A stretch of 64,000 bases of DNA from Rhynchobatus australiae (Eukaryota). Each line of letters begins with the position of its first letter. Positions within the stretch are counted from its first letter, which is position 1. A program made the position numbers and the translations under genes. The DNA lies in NCBI GenBank assembly GCA_034780895.1, contig JAUZTB010000071.1, positions 20,139,597-20,203,596 of the forward strand. The letters are read 5' to 3'. The notes beneath the pieces were generated by a model. The model worked only from the letters and a program-made list of their open reading frames with translations, did no database searches and was not told where the DNA came from. This document shows positions 37,013-49,060 of the stretch, in pieces.

Positions 37013-37231
37013 AAATTAATCAAAATTTTAGCCGCATATCTTGTCAATTTCTTTTGAAGTCAGTAAATTCCTTCCTCCTCTGTTTTAGGCTTTGGTTATA
37101 GCTCAGTCCAGTCCTGACACACCCAAAAAACAGCAGTCCTCCTGGCAGAGCATAAGGGGTGCAATATCAGTCTCAATATTCCTTTACTTTCTGTCAGTGC
37201 TTTTTTCACTGTGGCGTTTCAGAGTTTAACT

Positions 37232-37867
37232 GGGTGACACAGTGGTGAAGCTGGTAGAGCCGCTGCCTCACAGCTCCATTGTCCTGGATTCAATCCTGAC
37301 CTCCAGCACTGTCTACATGGAGTTTGCACATTTTCCTTGTGACCACATGGGTTTCCTCTGGATGCTTCTGTTTCCTCCCACCTCCCAAAATGTGTGGGTT
37401 GTGGTAATATTAGCCACTGTAAATTCCCCCAGACTGTGGGTGAGAGGTAGAATAAATTAGATATCTTTATTAGTCACATGTACATCAATGCATACAGTGA
37501 AATGCATCTTTTGTGTAGAGTGTTCTGGGAGCAGCCCACAAGTGCTGCCACATTTCCAGCGCCAACATAGTATGCCAACAACGTCCTAACTCTTACATCT
37601 TTGGAATGTGGGAGGAAACTAGAGCACTTGGAGGAAACCCACGCAGACACAGAGAGAACATGCAAACTTCTTACACGGTGGCTGGAATTGAACCTGGGTC
37701 ACTGGCGCTGTAAGAGCGTTACGCTAACCGCTGCCCTACCATGCTCTGGGGAAATTAGTAGGAATGTGGGGAGAATTAAATGGGATTAGCAGAGGATTAG
37801 TTCTTAATAGTCAACATGGAGTCAGTGGGCTAAAGGGCTTGTTTCTGTGCTGTATAGCTCAATGACT
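37232..37867 (+). mobile_element. HE1-like V-SINE (family B) split by a nested SINE
   Basis: Head and V-domain at 37232-37456; tail (gggctaaagggcttgtttctgtgctgtatagctcaatgact) at 37745-37867. Confidence 0.85.
37457..37744 (-). mobile_element. V-SINE family A nested in a family B SINE
   Basis: Colinear with 2395-2684. Confidence 0.9.
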
Positions 37868-38867
37868 TAGTGAACGGCGAGGGGCTCTACTAAAATGCTA
37901 TGTCCAAGATAAATAAACTGCTGATTGAATTATCAACTTCCTATAATCAAAAGTGTCTAAAATGGATAAATTTATTAAATAGTTGAACTTTCAAATAGAT
38001 AATTTTCTTAACAAAATACTTACGACTTTGAACAGAAAGGAGCAAATTACAAAGGCCAATACAGCATGTTTCATGTCCCCTGTGTAGGGCAGTTCTCAAT
38101 GGAAGTGTGAGCAGCAGTTTGCTGACCTGTGCCACCCTGTGAATGCAGCTCCCTGCCAGAGACATGGAATTCCAAATTTACTCTGTTCCTATTTATTAGG
38201 TAACTTCACCTTTTTGACAGATCAAAATTGACGAGGCTCAGAGGGCTCCCTGTTTATTTGTGGTACAGTATGCCCTTGCCACTGCAGCTGATACTCCTGG
38301 CACTGAATCAAGTGAAATTTTCTTCAGAACAGTTTGATATCTCACCCTTGACTTTCCTCCATTATACTTACATAGAAATCACATTAAAATCTGCAACAAT
38401 CTTGACAGTTTAACTAAAGCACTAAGGATACAATGGAAATCTTGCATTAATTGAATGGAAATCCATGCTGCAGATACAATAGTGTATGGGCTGCTGTTTA
38501 CTGGTATTCTGCCCCACTCTCAAGCTCTTGCCTCTACTGCTACTCTTCCATTAGTTTTCAGAACAGGATATGCGCTCACTTGGGAGGACTAGTTCTGAAC
38601 AGGTTAACAAGGCAAGGTCCAGAAGGGCAGGAGTGCAAAAAAATTCTAATCACAGTGATACTGTCAGCACATCACTAACCATGGTGCAGGCATCAGAAAG
38701 AAATATTTGAAAAAGTTGAAGAAATTTGCCAGCGATGTCAAGAGATCTCACATGACTTCAGGCTGTTATATTGTATCAAATACTATGGAGAATTAAGAAT
38801 CTTTTATAGAGCTCTGTAGTAAATGGCAGAGAGTTTGGTTGGGCAGAGAAACAACTCCATTTATATC

Positions 38868-39050
38868 AAATAAAAAAAAAGGAAAATGTTTGAAACCCTA
38901 CATTTCAGGTAGTTCTGATGAAATTCTGATGAAGGGTTTTTGACCTGATCTCTCTTTCTCTTTCTACACAAGCTCCCCTACCTACTTGGTGTGGGTAGCA
39001 TTTTCTGTTTTTATTTCAGATTTCCAGCATCAACAGTTGTTTTTTTTGAC
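38868..39050 (+). mobile_element. Older Penelope-derived hairpin element with CTGATGA box
   Basis: ttctgatgaaattctgatgaagggtttttgacctga (duplicated hammerhead box) followed by agcattttctgtttttatttcagatttccagcatc. Confidence 0.65.
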
Positions 39051-39059
39051 TTGCAATTC

Positions 39060-39700
39060 CAATTTCAATGTGCCTTTAATGTACCATACATGTCCAATGG
39101 TGCTTCACAGAAGTGCTAGCAAATAAATAAATCATCGCCAATCTATATATTATGGCAGATGACTAGAGGTAGGATTTAAGGAATGTTTTAGAAATGGAAG
39201 GAAAATCAGAGAGGTGAAAAAGTTTGGAGAGAGAAATGGAGAGAAGGCTTTGGCAGCTGAGTGCATGGCTGAAGCTGTTGGAACATTTATACGTGGGGAT
39301 GATTCAGAGCCAAGAATTTGTGGCAGGCAGAGATATGCAGTGGGAGATTAGAAAGAAAAGGAGGGAGGGGACATCGAAAAGATTTGAAAACAGGGTGGGA
39401 ATTCTGAAATTAGGTGATTGCTTAACCAGGAGCCAATGCGTATTAACAAGCACATGGTACTGAGTGGACAGGATCGAGTGCAAGTATGTACAGTGAAGTT
39501 TTGAATCACTCAAGCTTTACTTAGGTCATTCAAAGTAGACAAGGGAGTAGAACAAGAGAGGGTGACCAGCAGGGGGTTGAAACAGTCCATGCTAAAGGCA
39601 AAGAAGAGGGCATTAAAAGCAAATGAGCTGAGACAGCTGCATAATCGGACACTGGGCAATGTTCTACAGGTGGAAAAAGGAGCATAAATAATATTAGGAT
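39060..39700 (-). mobile_element. L2-type LINE 3' fragment, old
   Basis: Minus strand near 39575-39612 gives FFAFSMDCFN (cf. L2 AFVTSRLDYCN); L2-like 3' end near 39060-39110. Confidence 0.55.
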
Positions 39701-42700
39701 TGACAATTGTGTGAACTGATGTTTCAGTATAAAGTCAGTATGAAATCAGTTACCTGCAGATTTCCTTTTGAACAAAATTCACTGTACCATGCTTGTGCCA
39801 TTGTTTGGCAAAATATATCAAGACATGTCGGGCCTTGAAGCACGATGGATTTGAATGGGACCTAATATTACTTAAGTTAATAGAGAAAAACATTAGACAT
39901 CCACAAAATGGATGGAAAGTCAGCAGAGCAATTGTTTTCAGAGCTGAACAATGTTCGCCTGAAATCCAAGGCAGATTTGGCATCAACTTTGCTTAAATGT
40001 AAGAACAAAGCACTAGCTAGCAAACAACCATCCTGNNNNNNNNNNNNNNNNNNNNNNNNNNNNNNNNNNNNNNNNNNNNNNNNNNNNNNNNNNNNNNNNN
40101 NNNNNNNNNNNNNNNNNNNNNNNNNNNNNNNNNNNNNNNNNNNNNNNNNNNNNNNNNNNNNNNNNNNTGTAATATCTGGTTTATCTGTGTAACTTTGTGG
40201 ATGAAAATCTGAAAAGACTCAGGAAATTAGCCCAGCATGATCCTTGATTCCAGTCTGGTTCTGCAAGTCCCTAGAGACAACTGCTGCAACCTAGACAGCA
40301 ATCAACCAAATGTCACAAAGCTTATCAAGGCCTTTGAGTCACAGTCACTCATTTATAGCCAATCTTAAATGCACTACAACTGTTTTTGCATGGAGAAGAC
40401 GACAATATGGCAGCCATTTTTGAGCAGTTTCACCAATCTTGTTCACATCTAAGTTTTGCATCAGAGTGCTCCAATTGCTACAGGACCTCTATATGCAGTG
40501 TAAAATGGTCTCATGCCTAATATAAACCTGGCTAAATATGGATGGGCTTGGGAAGTCAATGATACTCTCACTTCTGCTCCAAGCAGGTCACCCCACCCCC
40601 AAAAGTTCCCAGCTCTCAGCCACCCATCTTCCAGACAAAACCAATAGGTATAAGTTTAATTAATGTCCCCTGTGTATTTTAAAGATGCTTGGCATTACAC
40701 TTGTAAGTTTATAAAACAGAACAAAATGTGATTTACATTTTGTATGCTTTGCTCAGAGTGCTAAGTTTTCTTTCCTGTATTTCATAAAAAAATGGGTCAT
40801 TATATATTTGCCATCATTGCAAAACTCGATGAAGTATTAAGAAGCCACTCACAGCAGGTGTCATCACTGCCAGAAGGCGAGGCATTCTGATAGTGAAGAA
40901 AGTTACATTCACTTTCGTTTAATTTCATCTGTTCCTCTTGTACCCTTATATCCCAGCTGACTGTAGCAACACATCTCACATGGGCCTGAAGCAGTTTTAC
41001 ATGTATGCCAAAACTCNNNNNNNNNNNNNNNNNNNNNNNNNNNNNNNNNNNNNNNNNNNNNNNNNNNNNNNNNNNNNNNNNNNNNNNNNNNNNNNNNNNN
41101 NNNNNNNNNNNNNNNNNNNNNNNNNNNNNNNNNNNNNNNNNNNNNNNNNNNNNNNNNNNNNNNNNNNNNNNNNNNNNNNNNNNNNNNNNNNNNNNNNNNN
41201 NNNNNNNNNNNNNNNNNNNNNNNNNNNNNNNNNNNNNNNNNNNNNNNNNNNNNNNNNNNNNNNNTAGACAGCTACTGCAATTGAATAGTTTGATATACTG
41301 TAACTCAAAATTTGTCTGCTACGAGCAGCTTACAGCATTCATTGTGATATAACATAGCAGACTGTACGCACTGTAAACAGAAAGCCCCTGCAGTGTGAGT
41401 CAGCACAAGGTAATCCCCTGCACTTTACTGTCAACTAAGCTTCCACAAGTGCAGCACTCTCTGGGGGCATTTAAATTTAACAATGGCTTAAAATGGATGA
41501 GGGAGCATTTTTTGTGTGATTTTCCTTTCCAATTTGTGAGCATCTGATCTAATGTCCCCTAGTTTAATACTCAGAGAAGTCAAAATCATTCCCCAAGCTT
41601 ATTGGATCTTGAATACAGTCTCCAGGTAAGGAGCTTTCACATGAGCCAATTTAACACTTAGACCCTTGACATTTATCAAAAGTATTTGTAAAATCAGCCC
41701 ATACATCTTCAACATGCTCTTACACACAGACCATTTCCATACAAAAAAAAGAATCAATAGCTTTATGTCATATCTGTCCCATTTTCTTATGTCTTGGTCT
41801 AAGCTTTAACGTGTCTAAGACCATTAGCCAAAGGTACATTTTGCATGCAGCAACAAGTCAGCCATACCATTTCCTCTGGTAGAGATAGTTTGTAGCAGTT
41901 TCACTGCATAGAGCAGTTTTTTTAAAAACAAATTATTTGTACTATTATTTTGCTTGTGTCAAACTGTGTGGGTTGTAGCATTTGCTCAACATTCCACAGT
42001 CCCTAATTGTACTCGTTTTAACTGGAAACTACCAGTACTTATTTTAATCATGCTTGAAGGCAAAATCTTTGAATAGAAAATGTTCCAGCACCCTACCCCA
42101 TCCCATCAATCTTGGACTCAAAGTTGCCCTCCAGCGATCCAACACACTGTAATCTCATATTGGCCATAGACTTAAAAAACTTGTCCTTTGCAAAAGCCAT
42201 TCAACTGTTCTTAATCTGAATTAATCCAATGAACTCTGGAGAATTACAAGATTCAGTTGTTTTGCCTCCGGATAAGGGGCCAGACNNNNNNNNNNNNNNN
42301 NNNNNNNNNNNNNNNNNNNNNNNNNNNNNNNNNNNNNNNNNNNNNNNNNNNNNNNNNNNNNNNNNNNNNNNNNNNNNNNNNNNNNNNNNNNNNNNNNNNN
42401 NNNNNNNNNNNNNNNNNNNNNNNNNNNNNNNNNNNNNNNNNNNNNNNNNNNNNNNNNNNNNNNNNNNNNNNNNNNNNNNNNNNNNNNNNNNNNNNNNNNN
42501 NNNNNNNNNNNNNNNNNNNNNNNNNNNNNNNNNNNNNNNNNNNNNNNNNNNNNNNNNNNNNNNNNNNNNNNNNNNNNNNNNNNNNNNNNNNNNNNNNNNN
42601 NNNNNNNNNNNNNNNNNNNNNNNNNNNNNNNNNNNNNNNNNNNNNNNNNNNNNNNNNNNNNNNNNNNNNNNNNNNNNNNNNNNNNNNNNNNNNNNNNNNN

Positions 42701-43079
42701 NNNNNNNNNNNNNNNNNNNNNNNNNNNNNNNNNNNNNNNNNNNNNNNNNNNNNNNNNNNNNNNNNNNNNNNNNNNNNNNNNNNNNNNNNNNNNNNNNNNN
42801 NNNNNNNNNNNNNNNNNNNNNNNNNNNNNNNNNNNNNNNNNNNNNNNNNNNNNNNNNNNNNNNNNNNNNNNNNNNNNNNNNNNNNNNNNNNNNNNNNNNN
42901 NNNNNNNNNNNNNNNNNNNNNNNNNNNNNNNNNNNNNNNNNNNNNNNNNNNNNNNNNNNNNNNNNNNNNNNNNNNNNNNNNNNNNNNNNNNNNNNNNNNN
43001 NNNNNNNNNNNNNNNNNNNNNNNNNNNNNNNNNNNNNNNNNNNNNNNNNNNNNNNNNNNNNNNNNNNNNNNNNNNNNNN

Positions 43080-43195
43080 GGAGAAACTTCTTTATATAGA
43101 GGGTTGTAAATCTTTGGAATCATCTTTCTCAGAGGCTGACATTGATGGCCTTCTGTAGGGAATCAAATAATATGTAATTGGGCAGGTAAGTGGAC
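43080..43195 (+). mobile_element. CR1 3' fragment
   Basis: RNFFI*RVVNLWNHL; RIRGQ before the gap (~42270) is the adjacent upstream motif. Confidence 0.65.
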
Positions 43196-43198
43196 ACA

Positions 43199-43290
43199 GA
43201 ATGAAGGGTCTTGACTGAAAGGTCGACTGTCCATTTCCCTCCATAGATGCTGCCTGACCCACTGAGTTCCTCCAGCACTTTGTGTTTCTG
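43199..43290 (+). mobile_element. Penelope-derived fragment with hammerhead relic
   Basis: atgaagggtcttgactGAAAgGTCgactgt..gatgctgcctgacccactgagttcctccagca. Confidence 0.7.
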
Positions 43291-44660
43291 CAGAATTTAC
43301 CTTGACCTCAGAGTGATGGAGCATTTTCAATGCGTTATATAGCTTACCCCAAATTCTTTTCTCTTATCTTCTGATTTTTCCATCAGTCACAGTAGTAGAG
43401 TTGATGGCCATCTTTTAGTATTGCAGGTGGTTCTCTTATAAGTGATAATTTGGGATGTGTATATTGAACTAACAGCAGGAAATTGTGCTATTTAACTAAC
43501 TGGTGTGTTCTCTTGCTTCTGGTCAAACTCCATACCATTTCATCAGCATTTTTCACCCAGATACCTTTTCCCTTCTCCTTTCTCCAAGGAGTCAGCATAT
43601 GAGAAAATGTGAATGTAAATAAAAGACTTCCATTCAAAATCGTACAGGAGAAATAACAGGTAAACAGATTATAGTACTAAAATGTTGCAATAGCTCCTTC
43701 TCAGTTGTTGCAATTTACCTGCTCAATAATTTATGAAACCCTGTTTGAAATTAATTTAATGAGACTAATTGATGGAGTTGGGGTAATGCTGTTTATACAC
43801 TAGTTATTGGCAAAGTGAAAGTGTACTACATTTTTTTCTTTGATTTTGACACAAATATCACCTATGAAAACTTTCTCTAAATTTTTGTATGCACTTTAAA
43901 CATCAAAGTATTAACATTTTTATTCAGCTTATAAATTAATATTTTATGATTTATGTGCATTTACACATTCAGTTGGTTTCAGTACCATACTAGCAAGTCT
44001 GTGAAATCGCAGTCATAGAATGGCACTAAATATATTTAAAAATACAGACTATTAATATACAACAATCGATTTCAAAAGCAATATTAATGAAGGAATAATT
44101 TTTGGCAAATATATTTTGATAAGCGCAAACAAGAAATAAATTAATAACAATGTGTAATTTTTCAGGTAAGGTGATTAAAAAGATGAACTGCATGAAGTAA
44201 TGTAATTTGTGCAGTTTAAAAAATCAATTTATGTTCAAAGAGTTCATTGAATATGGTGCTTTATGATGTATTGTCTAGGAATAGCTAAAGAACCACCTTG
44301 ATGCATAGCCAATTGAAACTAAGGAAAATGTTATGGTTACCCATGGTTTGTTGAATATACTAAGTTTAAGAACAAGGCCATTCTGTGAGCACATGTCAAT
44401 ATTGTTCTACATTTAGTATACAGAATTCATTTGTCTCAGTGTGCACAGCTACTTTCTCTGCAGAATGGACTTCTGTGCTAAAAAACATACCACTGAATAA
44501 ATTCTTCACCTATTGTGACATTTGCTTCGTGCTGGAATGTCTCCCTGCTTTTGATACTGAGTTTTTTCTTCTGTCTCTCTTTCCTCAGGGCCATGCTTCT
44601 CTCTCTCTTATAAGCCACTAGATCCAGGAAACATGACTGACCAAATATGCCCACTCTTCT

Positions 44661-44950
44661 GTTAGCAGTTAGCATAACGCTATTACAGTGCCAGCAGCCT
44701 GGATTCAATCCCAGTCACTGTCTTTAAGGGGTTTATATGTTCTTCCCGTGTCNNNNNNNNNNNNNNNNNNNNNNNNNNNNNNNNNNNNNNNNNNNNNNNN
44801 NNNNNNNNNNNNNNNNNNNNNNNNNNNNNNNNNNNCTATGTTGGCGCCGGAAGAGTGGCGACACGACAGGGCTGTCCCCCAGCACATTCTCAGTAACACA
44901 AAAAGATTCACTGTGTGTTTCGATGTACATGTGACCAATAAATAAATATT
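44661..44950 (+). mobile_element. V-SINE family A (gap inside)
   Basis: Head gttagcataacgctattacagtgccagc, tail ttcactgtgtgtttcgatgtacatgtgaccaataaa. Confidence 0.88.
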
Positions 44951-45039
44951 TTCATATATATCTTTATATCTTCTTTAAAGTTCCCAAAATGTTGTCACTT
45001 CTCAATGTTAGGCCAAACTGCAATAATTCACTGCTGATA

Positions 45040-45590
45040 TCTCTATTTGTGGCCCAAGCCAGAGATAAATAATATCTTCTGTGATTATCATGAAATATCA
45101 GCCTTCCTTTTTCACCTTCATGCCTTGGGCATCCTTCAGACTGTCAAACACACAATCTTCATTCATAGTCTGTCCGCCATTGTCCAGTTCCACATTTGCT
45201 TGGTTCCACACTTCTGTCTGAATGCAACCAACAGATCTTCAACAATGGATTCACTTCCCACTCAATACCAGGCCTGACTTTTATGTGTCATTTCTACATA
45301 ATGACTTGCAGACTCCTTTCCTGAAATGCGCCACTCCTTTCCTCAACTGCCAGCAAGACTAAAGCCATCATTTTACACTCCACCAGGAGTTTATTGATTA
45401 GCCACTGACTCTATTCTACCCCATACCTATTCATTCAAGGTGAAGACATCTAAGCAAAACATTGGCATCTTGACAGTCTCAGAGTTGGGTTCCCAACTTC
45501 AAGCACCATGTATTAACAAGCTCACTTCTGCCCCTCAAGCACAAGGAACTTGAGGATTTTATTACCCAGGCACTTCATGATCCAGAACTT
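45040..45590 (+). mobile_element. L2-type LINE RT fragment, old
   Basis: LQTVKHTIFIHSLSAIVQ..AWFH (cf. L2 AFDTVDHTILL.RL..LAWF) in and near ORF 45047-45277. Confidence 0.6.
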
Positions 45591-45864
45591 CCTTCTTGCG
45601 TGCTGTGTAATGGAACTGAGGTGTAAAATTGAATGTGAAACGTGTTGAGGATTTTCTAATATAAACTTATAATTTGAGTTTGATTAGGGTGTGCATAACA
45701 TATCCAGACAGGAATGACACAGGGCACATAACAAATGAATGTGACACATGTTCAACATCACTGCTGTAGTAAGGAAACACTGAACAGCAATTGCCAATCA
45801 GTATGGACCTTGATCGGAAAACCAGCAGCTACTGGAAGAAAGCAGCGGGCCACCCCAATGTTCT

Positions 45865-46270
45865 CCACTCACAGCTCCTGATCCTACCAGTCTACCATAC
45901 TCCCTGAACAAAGGCTCTGATCCTCAGACTCCTCCACCAAAACCACACATTCCCCTTCCCCATTGCAGCCTCAGGCCACGATCCTTCTGTACTCTCCTAC
46001 CACAGACCCTGATTCTTCTAGGATCCACTCACTTTTCCCACAACCCAGATCCCAATTCTTTCTCATCCCTGCCACCTGTTCCTGATCCTTACAGACTCTC
46101 CCCAGTATGCCACAGGACCTGATCCTTCAGAACACTAACATGACCGTCCTTATCACACCTCCCCACCACCTCCTCATTCTGTAACCCCCACCCCCCACAT
46201 CCTCCCTCAATCTTCAGCCAGGTTGTCCTCCCACTGTCAATACCTTCCAGGCCATCGCACAATCCCAACT
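45865..46270. repeat. C-rich degenerate tandem repeat
   Basis: Motif (C)CTGATCCT(T)CAG or close variants recurs at ~45877, 45917, 46008, 46081 and 46118 within a strongly C-skewed tract. Confidence 0.6.
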
Positions 46271-48227
46271 TCAGTCCTAGACAGCACATTTCCCACATTT
46301 GCAGCAGAGCCAGTGTTTCACTCCAATACCAGTCTAGGTTACAAAGGTAACTATCTTATTCATCCTTGCCTATTAGCAAACCAATTAAAGAAAAGTATTA
46401 ACCTTCTGGCCCACTTCTTGCTCCAGGCCCTTGGTACCATTTTTGCTTTTAGGGAGACTGCTGGTTAAATTTATAATCAGAGACTGAAGACGAAAGTCAG
46501 AGGCTAGTCTACACAGTTAGAAAATTACTGAATTATTGCACATGGAAACTATCCTAACATTGCACACTAAATACAAATCAAAGCTTATTATAGAGAAAAT
46601 CTCCAATGTAAATTTTAAATTACCTTGTCTTTGATCTGCAATTTGAGACAATTCAGATTGGTAGTGTAATGTTGAAAGAAAATATTACAAGNNNNNNNNN
46701 NNNNNNNNNNNNNNNNNNNNNNNNNNNNNNNNNNNNNNNNNNNNNNNNNNNNNNNNNNNNNNNNNNNNNNNNNNNNNNNNNNNNNNNNNNNNNNNNNNNN
46801 NNNNNNNNNNNNNNNNNNNNNNNNNNNNNNNNNNNNNNNNNNNNNNNNNNNNNNNNNNNNNNNNNNNNNNNNNNNNNNNNNNNNNNNNNNNNNNNTGGTA
46901 TTTATGACTGTATCATTGAGGCTTTAGAATAAATAACTGGCTGTAAAGACATGAATAATATCTGAAGCTTTGGTCATGAGCAAGGGGTGTAAGGTGAGGG
47001 CAATGTAAGAAAGTCTAATGTTTTGTGCTATTAAATTTAGACAGGGCACAGCTTCACATCTGTCTCAAGGTTCAAGAACATTCATTAATTACTATCAATT
47101 TTTACTTTCCATTGTTCATCATCAAGAACTGTTTCACATACTGACAGGGCATCGCACATAATAATGAGTCATGTATCATCACTTTCACTTCAATGCTAGG
47201 GAATCCTTGACTTCAGTATTTAGTTCTGGGAAAAAACTTTTCTAAACAGCACTAATGCATGCATTTCTTGACAATACATAATTCATTTTTATTTTTAAAG
47301 GTTCCTACTGTACAGTCCAACCACTTATCCAACATTAACCCCTCCTCCAGCTCATCATTGACAAGACCAAAAGTATTCTGTGGGGTTTTGGCAGCACCTG
47401 CACATTTTGGTTTGGTTAACAACCCATGATACACAATACCTAACATCTATTCAAAGTCAAATCCAGACCATTGCTAGCCGAACAACATTCCCCCCTTTTA
47501 CTCATTACCTTATCCCTGTACAGTTGGACTTCTCATCCAAACTTCCATCATTTGGAATTATCAGATTATCATTTGCCTCATCATCTCCACCATTCATTAT
47601 CTTTAACAGAACTCAATTCCTCATTGGCACATCTAGGCCCACNNNNNNNNNNNNNNNNNNNNNNNNNNNNNNNNNNNNNNNNNNNNNNNNNNNNNNNNNN
47701 NNNNNNNNNNNNNNNNNNNNNNNNNNNNNNNNNNNNNNNNNNNNNNNNNNNNNNNNNNNNNNNNNNNNNNNNNNNNNNNNNNNNNNNNNNNNNNNNNNNN
47801 NNNNNNNNNNNNNNNNNNNNNNNNNNNNNNNNNNNNNNNNNNNNNNNNNNNNNNNNNNNNNNNNNNNNNNNNNNNNNNNNNNNNNNNNNNNNNNNNNNNN
47901 NNNNNNNNNNNNNNNNNNNNNNNNNNNNNNNNNNNNNNNNNNNNNNNNNNNNNNNNNNNNNNNNNNNNNNNNNNNNNNNNNNNNNNNNNNNNNNNNNNNN
48001 NNNNNNNNNNNNNNNNNNNNNNNNNNNNNNNNNNNNNNNNNNNNNNNNNNNNNNNNNNNNNNNNNNNNNNNNNNNNNNNNNNNNNNNNNNNNNNNNNNNN
48101 NNNNNNNNNNNNNNNNNNNNNNNNNNNNNNNNNNNNNNNNNNNNNNNNNNNNNNNNNNNNNNNNNNNNNNNNNNNNNNNNNNNNNNNNNNNNNNNNNNNN
48201 NNNNNNNNNNNNNNNNNNNNNNNNNNN

Positions 48228-48263
<36 letters not shown>
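48228..48263. repeat. (CA)n microsatellite at a gap edge
   Basis: Direct reading. Confidence 0.95.
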
Positions 48264-48266
<3 letters not shown>

Positions 48267-48918
48267 TAAAAGGGACACTCACTAATAGTCCTAGTCTGTA
48301 ACAAAAGGTACATAAAAAATCTCTCTAATTTTACTTTCTCAGTTCGATTGCATCATTGTGCAGACTAATAGCTATGGTGAAAAGCAACAATTCCTGAGCA
48401 GCATTTAATGGCTTAGGTCATGTGTTTAAATCATTATTTCTTTGACGGGCTCCATCACAGTTAAACCACCATATTATGAACCTCCCAACCCAGCTTTCTG
48501 TCAGTAACTCTCATCGGTTCATTTGCTTTCAGAGCAAAACATGTTTAAGTGCAACATGCAGATGGTATTAGGCCATAACAACAGACTAATAAACAACACA
48601 GCAATTTTCATATCATTTACAGCACTGGAGTTTGTCAAATGAACTATTCAGTTTGAAAATAAGCCCAATTTATCACTTAAGCTAGTAAGACCAAAAAGGA
48701 AAATTTTACTAGGTTTAGCACTTGAATAGCTGGGAGAGTATTCAATGTAGAAATGTTAACACTAATTCCTCTTTCCCACTGGAATAGTTCTGCACCAACA
48801 TGTCCTGACTTACTGTTGGTCATTGATGCTGAAGGAGCCCATCAATGTAACTTGAAGTAATATCAATGTTCAAGATTAGCGCAGCTCAGATGTGCTAATC
48901 CACACCAAGTGCATTTTA

Positions 48919-49060
48919 GGAGCAACAAACAATCTGCCGATGCAGGATTTCAACCTGAAACTTAGACAATTCTTTTCCTTCCACAGATTCTGCTTGACTT
49001 GCTGAGTTCCTCCAGCAGATTGCTTGTTGCTCCAGATTCCAGCATCTGCAGTCTCATGTC
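48919..49060 (+). mobile_element. Short Penelope-derived hairpin insertion with ~16-bp TSD
   Basis: Inverted arm ggagcaacaaacaatctgc (48919-48937) pairs with gcagattgcttgttgctcc (49015-49033); flanks tgcattttaggagcaa (48910-48925) and tgcactttaagagcaa (49061-49076) are 14/16 identical. Confidence 0.8.

Noticed and set aside
43589-43660. Plus-strand AG...GT exon-like segment
   Set aside because: Stops in all three frames and no other support.
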